Position numbers and translations under genes: made by a program. Source: Amoeboradix gromovi X-113 (taxonomy: Eukaryota > Fungi > Sanchytriomycota). From it: a stretch of 32,000 nt of DNA. Below are positions 31,120 to 32,000 of this stretch, piece by piece. The stretch lies in the NCBI GenBank assembly GCA_018985225.1, contig JADGIF010000006.1, positions 1 through 32,000 of the forward strand, in the 5' to 3' direction. The notes beneath the pieces are model-generated. The model saw only the letters and a program-made list of their open reading frames with translations. It ran no database searches and was not told the origin of the DNA. Positions within the stretch are counted from its first letter, which is position 1, and each line of letters starts with the position of its first letter.

Positions 31120-31260
31120 ATATCTCATCAGTAAGCTCTGGAGTCCTATGCAATTCTCAAATGCTGCTGTTTACTTAAACAGATCAAAGAACAGTTTAAT
31201 CTATTTACCTTGTTTTGGTAGCGCTTGATTAATGCTAGTGAATTTACTATACACCAATTG
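31120..31260 (+). pseudogene. Decayed paralog of the cyclin-like gene at 16583-16981
   Basis: PMQFSNAAVYLNRSKNSL compares with PIQFCQTIIYLKRLGNSL. After a frameshift, LMLVNLLYTN compares with YLLVNKLNYN. Confidence 0.5.
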
Positions 31261-31271
31261 GTTATTTACAG

Positions 31272-31529
31272 CTAGAATTTATTTACATTTTCTTTAAAGT
31301 TGGCTAACAGTTTTAATCTTTCCGAACTTACCATGTTCGGATATACAGCCAACATAAACTCAATTGGGTAGCACCTTTCGATAAAACCTAACAACTGCCT
31401 CGCAAGCACCCGATTTCTTAGAACTTCTGTCTGCTTTTGTTTCGTATTTTCAACTATTCTGTGCACTAGTTCCCATTCATTCTTCTTTTGTGCTGTATGC
31501 GCTGGTAAGAGAGTCGGCTGCTGGTACAT
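31272..31529 (-). CDS. Small hypothetical protein, distant SERTA-like motif
   Basis: EVLRNRVLARQLLGFIERCYPIEF..AVY loosely parallels ELRKKALIMTTLDRMMLEHPVQY..AIY. Confidence 0.4.
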   Translation of the reverse strand: MYQQPTLLPAHTAQKKNEWELVHRIVENTKQKQTEVLRNRVLARQLLGFIERCYPIEFMLAVYPNMVSSERLKLLANFKENVNKF

Positions 31530-31737
31530 TTTCAATTTTTTGATCAGTTCTTCTTTAATAAAATCGCAATATGATTGATTGGACTAGAATTTTAAACTTG
31601 TACCAATTGGTCGGTGTTGAAATTAATTAAAAAGAACCCTGAAAAATCAATTAATTTAGCTACGAGTTAAATGGAATAAGCCGTTTTATTGTTGTATTCG
31701 CTGTATCGCTCCATATTAGTTCTAAATTAATTGTTAA

Positions 31738-31882
31738 AAGAGACCCAATACAAGACTTCTCGTTAAAAGTCCTGATTTCCGAGAGAATCGAGAATTTCCA
31801 CAAAGAACTAGCAGTGCCAGATGCTCCGTTACAGTGATCGCTCACGCTTTCACTACCCTGAGGCGGGATTGAATAAGGATGC
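31738..31882 (-). ncRNA. Candidate omegaRNA of copy E (guide TCTTGTATTGGGTCTCTT)
   Basis: The scaffold carries a GTGA-GCGA-TCAC variant hairpin. Confidence 0.55.
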
Positions 31883-32000
31883 AGATACTTGTATATGTTC
31901 CTTGCTGCCGTATGGTCTCTATCTATCTTCAAATGACAATTGGTATAGGTTTAGATTTCTAAGTTGGTTTTCTTTATAGTACCACACCTTGTACATGTCT
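31756..32000 (-). mobile_element. IS607/Fanzor2 element copy E (right end; runs off the window)
   Basis: The minus strand reads TCTRCGTIKKTNLEI*TYTNCHLKIDRDHTAARNIYKY, followed by the scaffold and the right end ttttaacgagaag. Confidence 0.9.

Overview
This is a gene-dense, AT-rich eukaryotic window, most likely from an early-diverging (zoosporic) fungus. The inference rests on Chs7, the complex I factor NDUFAF5, and TRIM37-like and RJL-like genes. It holds about 17 housekeeping genes with very short intergenic gaps and a decayed, truncated Ty3/gypsy retrotransposon. The main discovery is a family of at least 7 dispersed, internally deleted IS607-type elements. The more complete copies join the N-terminal MerR-type HTH of a TnpA serine recombinase to the C-terminal Zn-finger/RuvC-III end of a TnpB/Fanzor2 nuclease. 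This is followed by a conserved ~125-nt structured right end (candidate omegaRNA scaffold) that stops abruptly at ...TTTTAANGAG(G/A)AG, with a different flank (candidate guide) in every copy. All four recognisable left ends are preceded by ACAG (candidate TAM, AG crossover core). Other notable points are 19- and 21-nt spliceosomal introns, an N-terminally chimeric Lon protease with a Walker A K-to-I change, and small SERTA-like and cyclin-like ORF families clustered around the elements. All assignments come from manual motif recognition; no searches were run.
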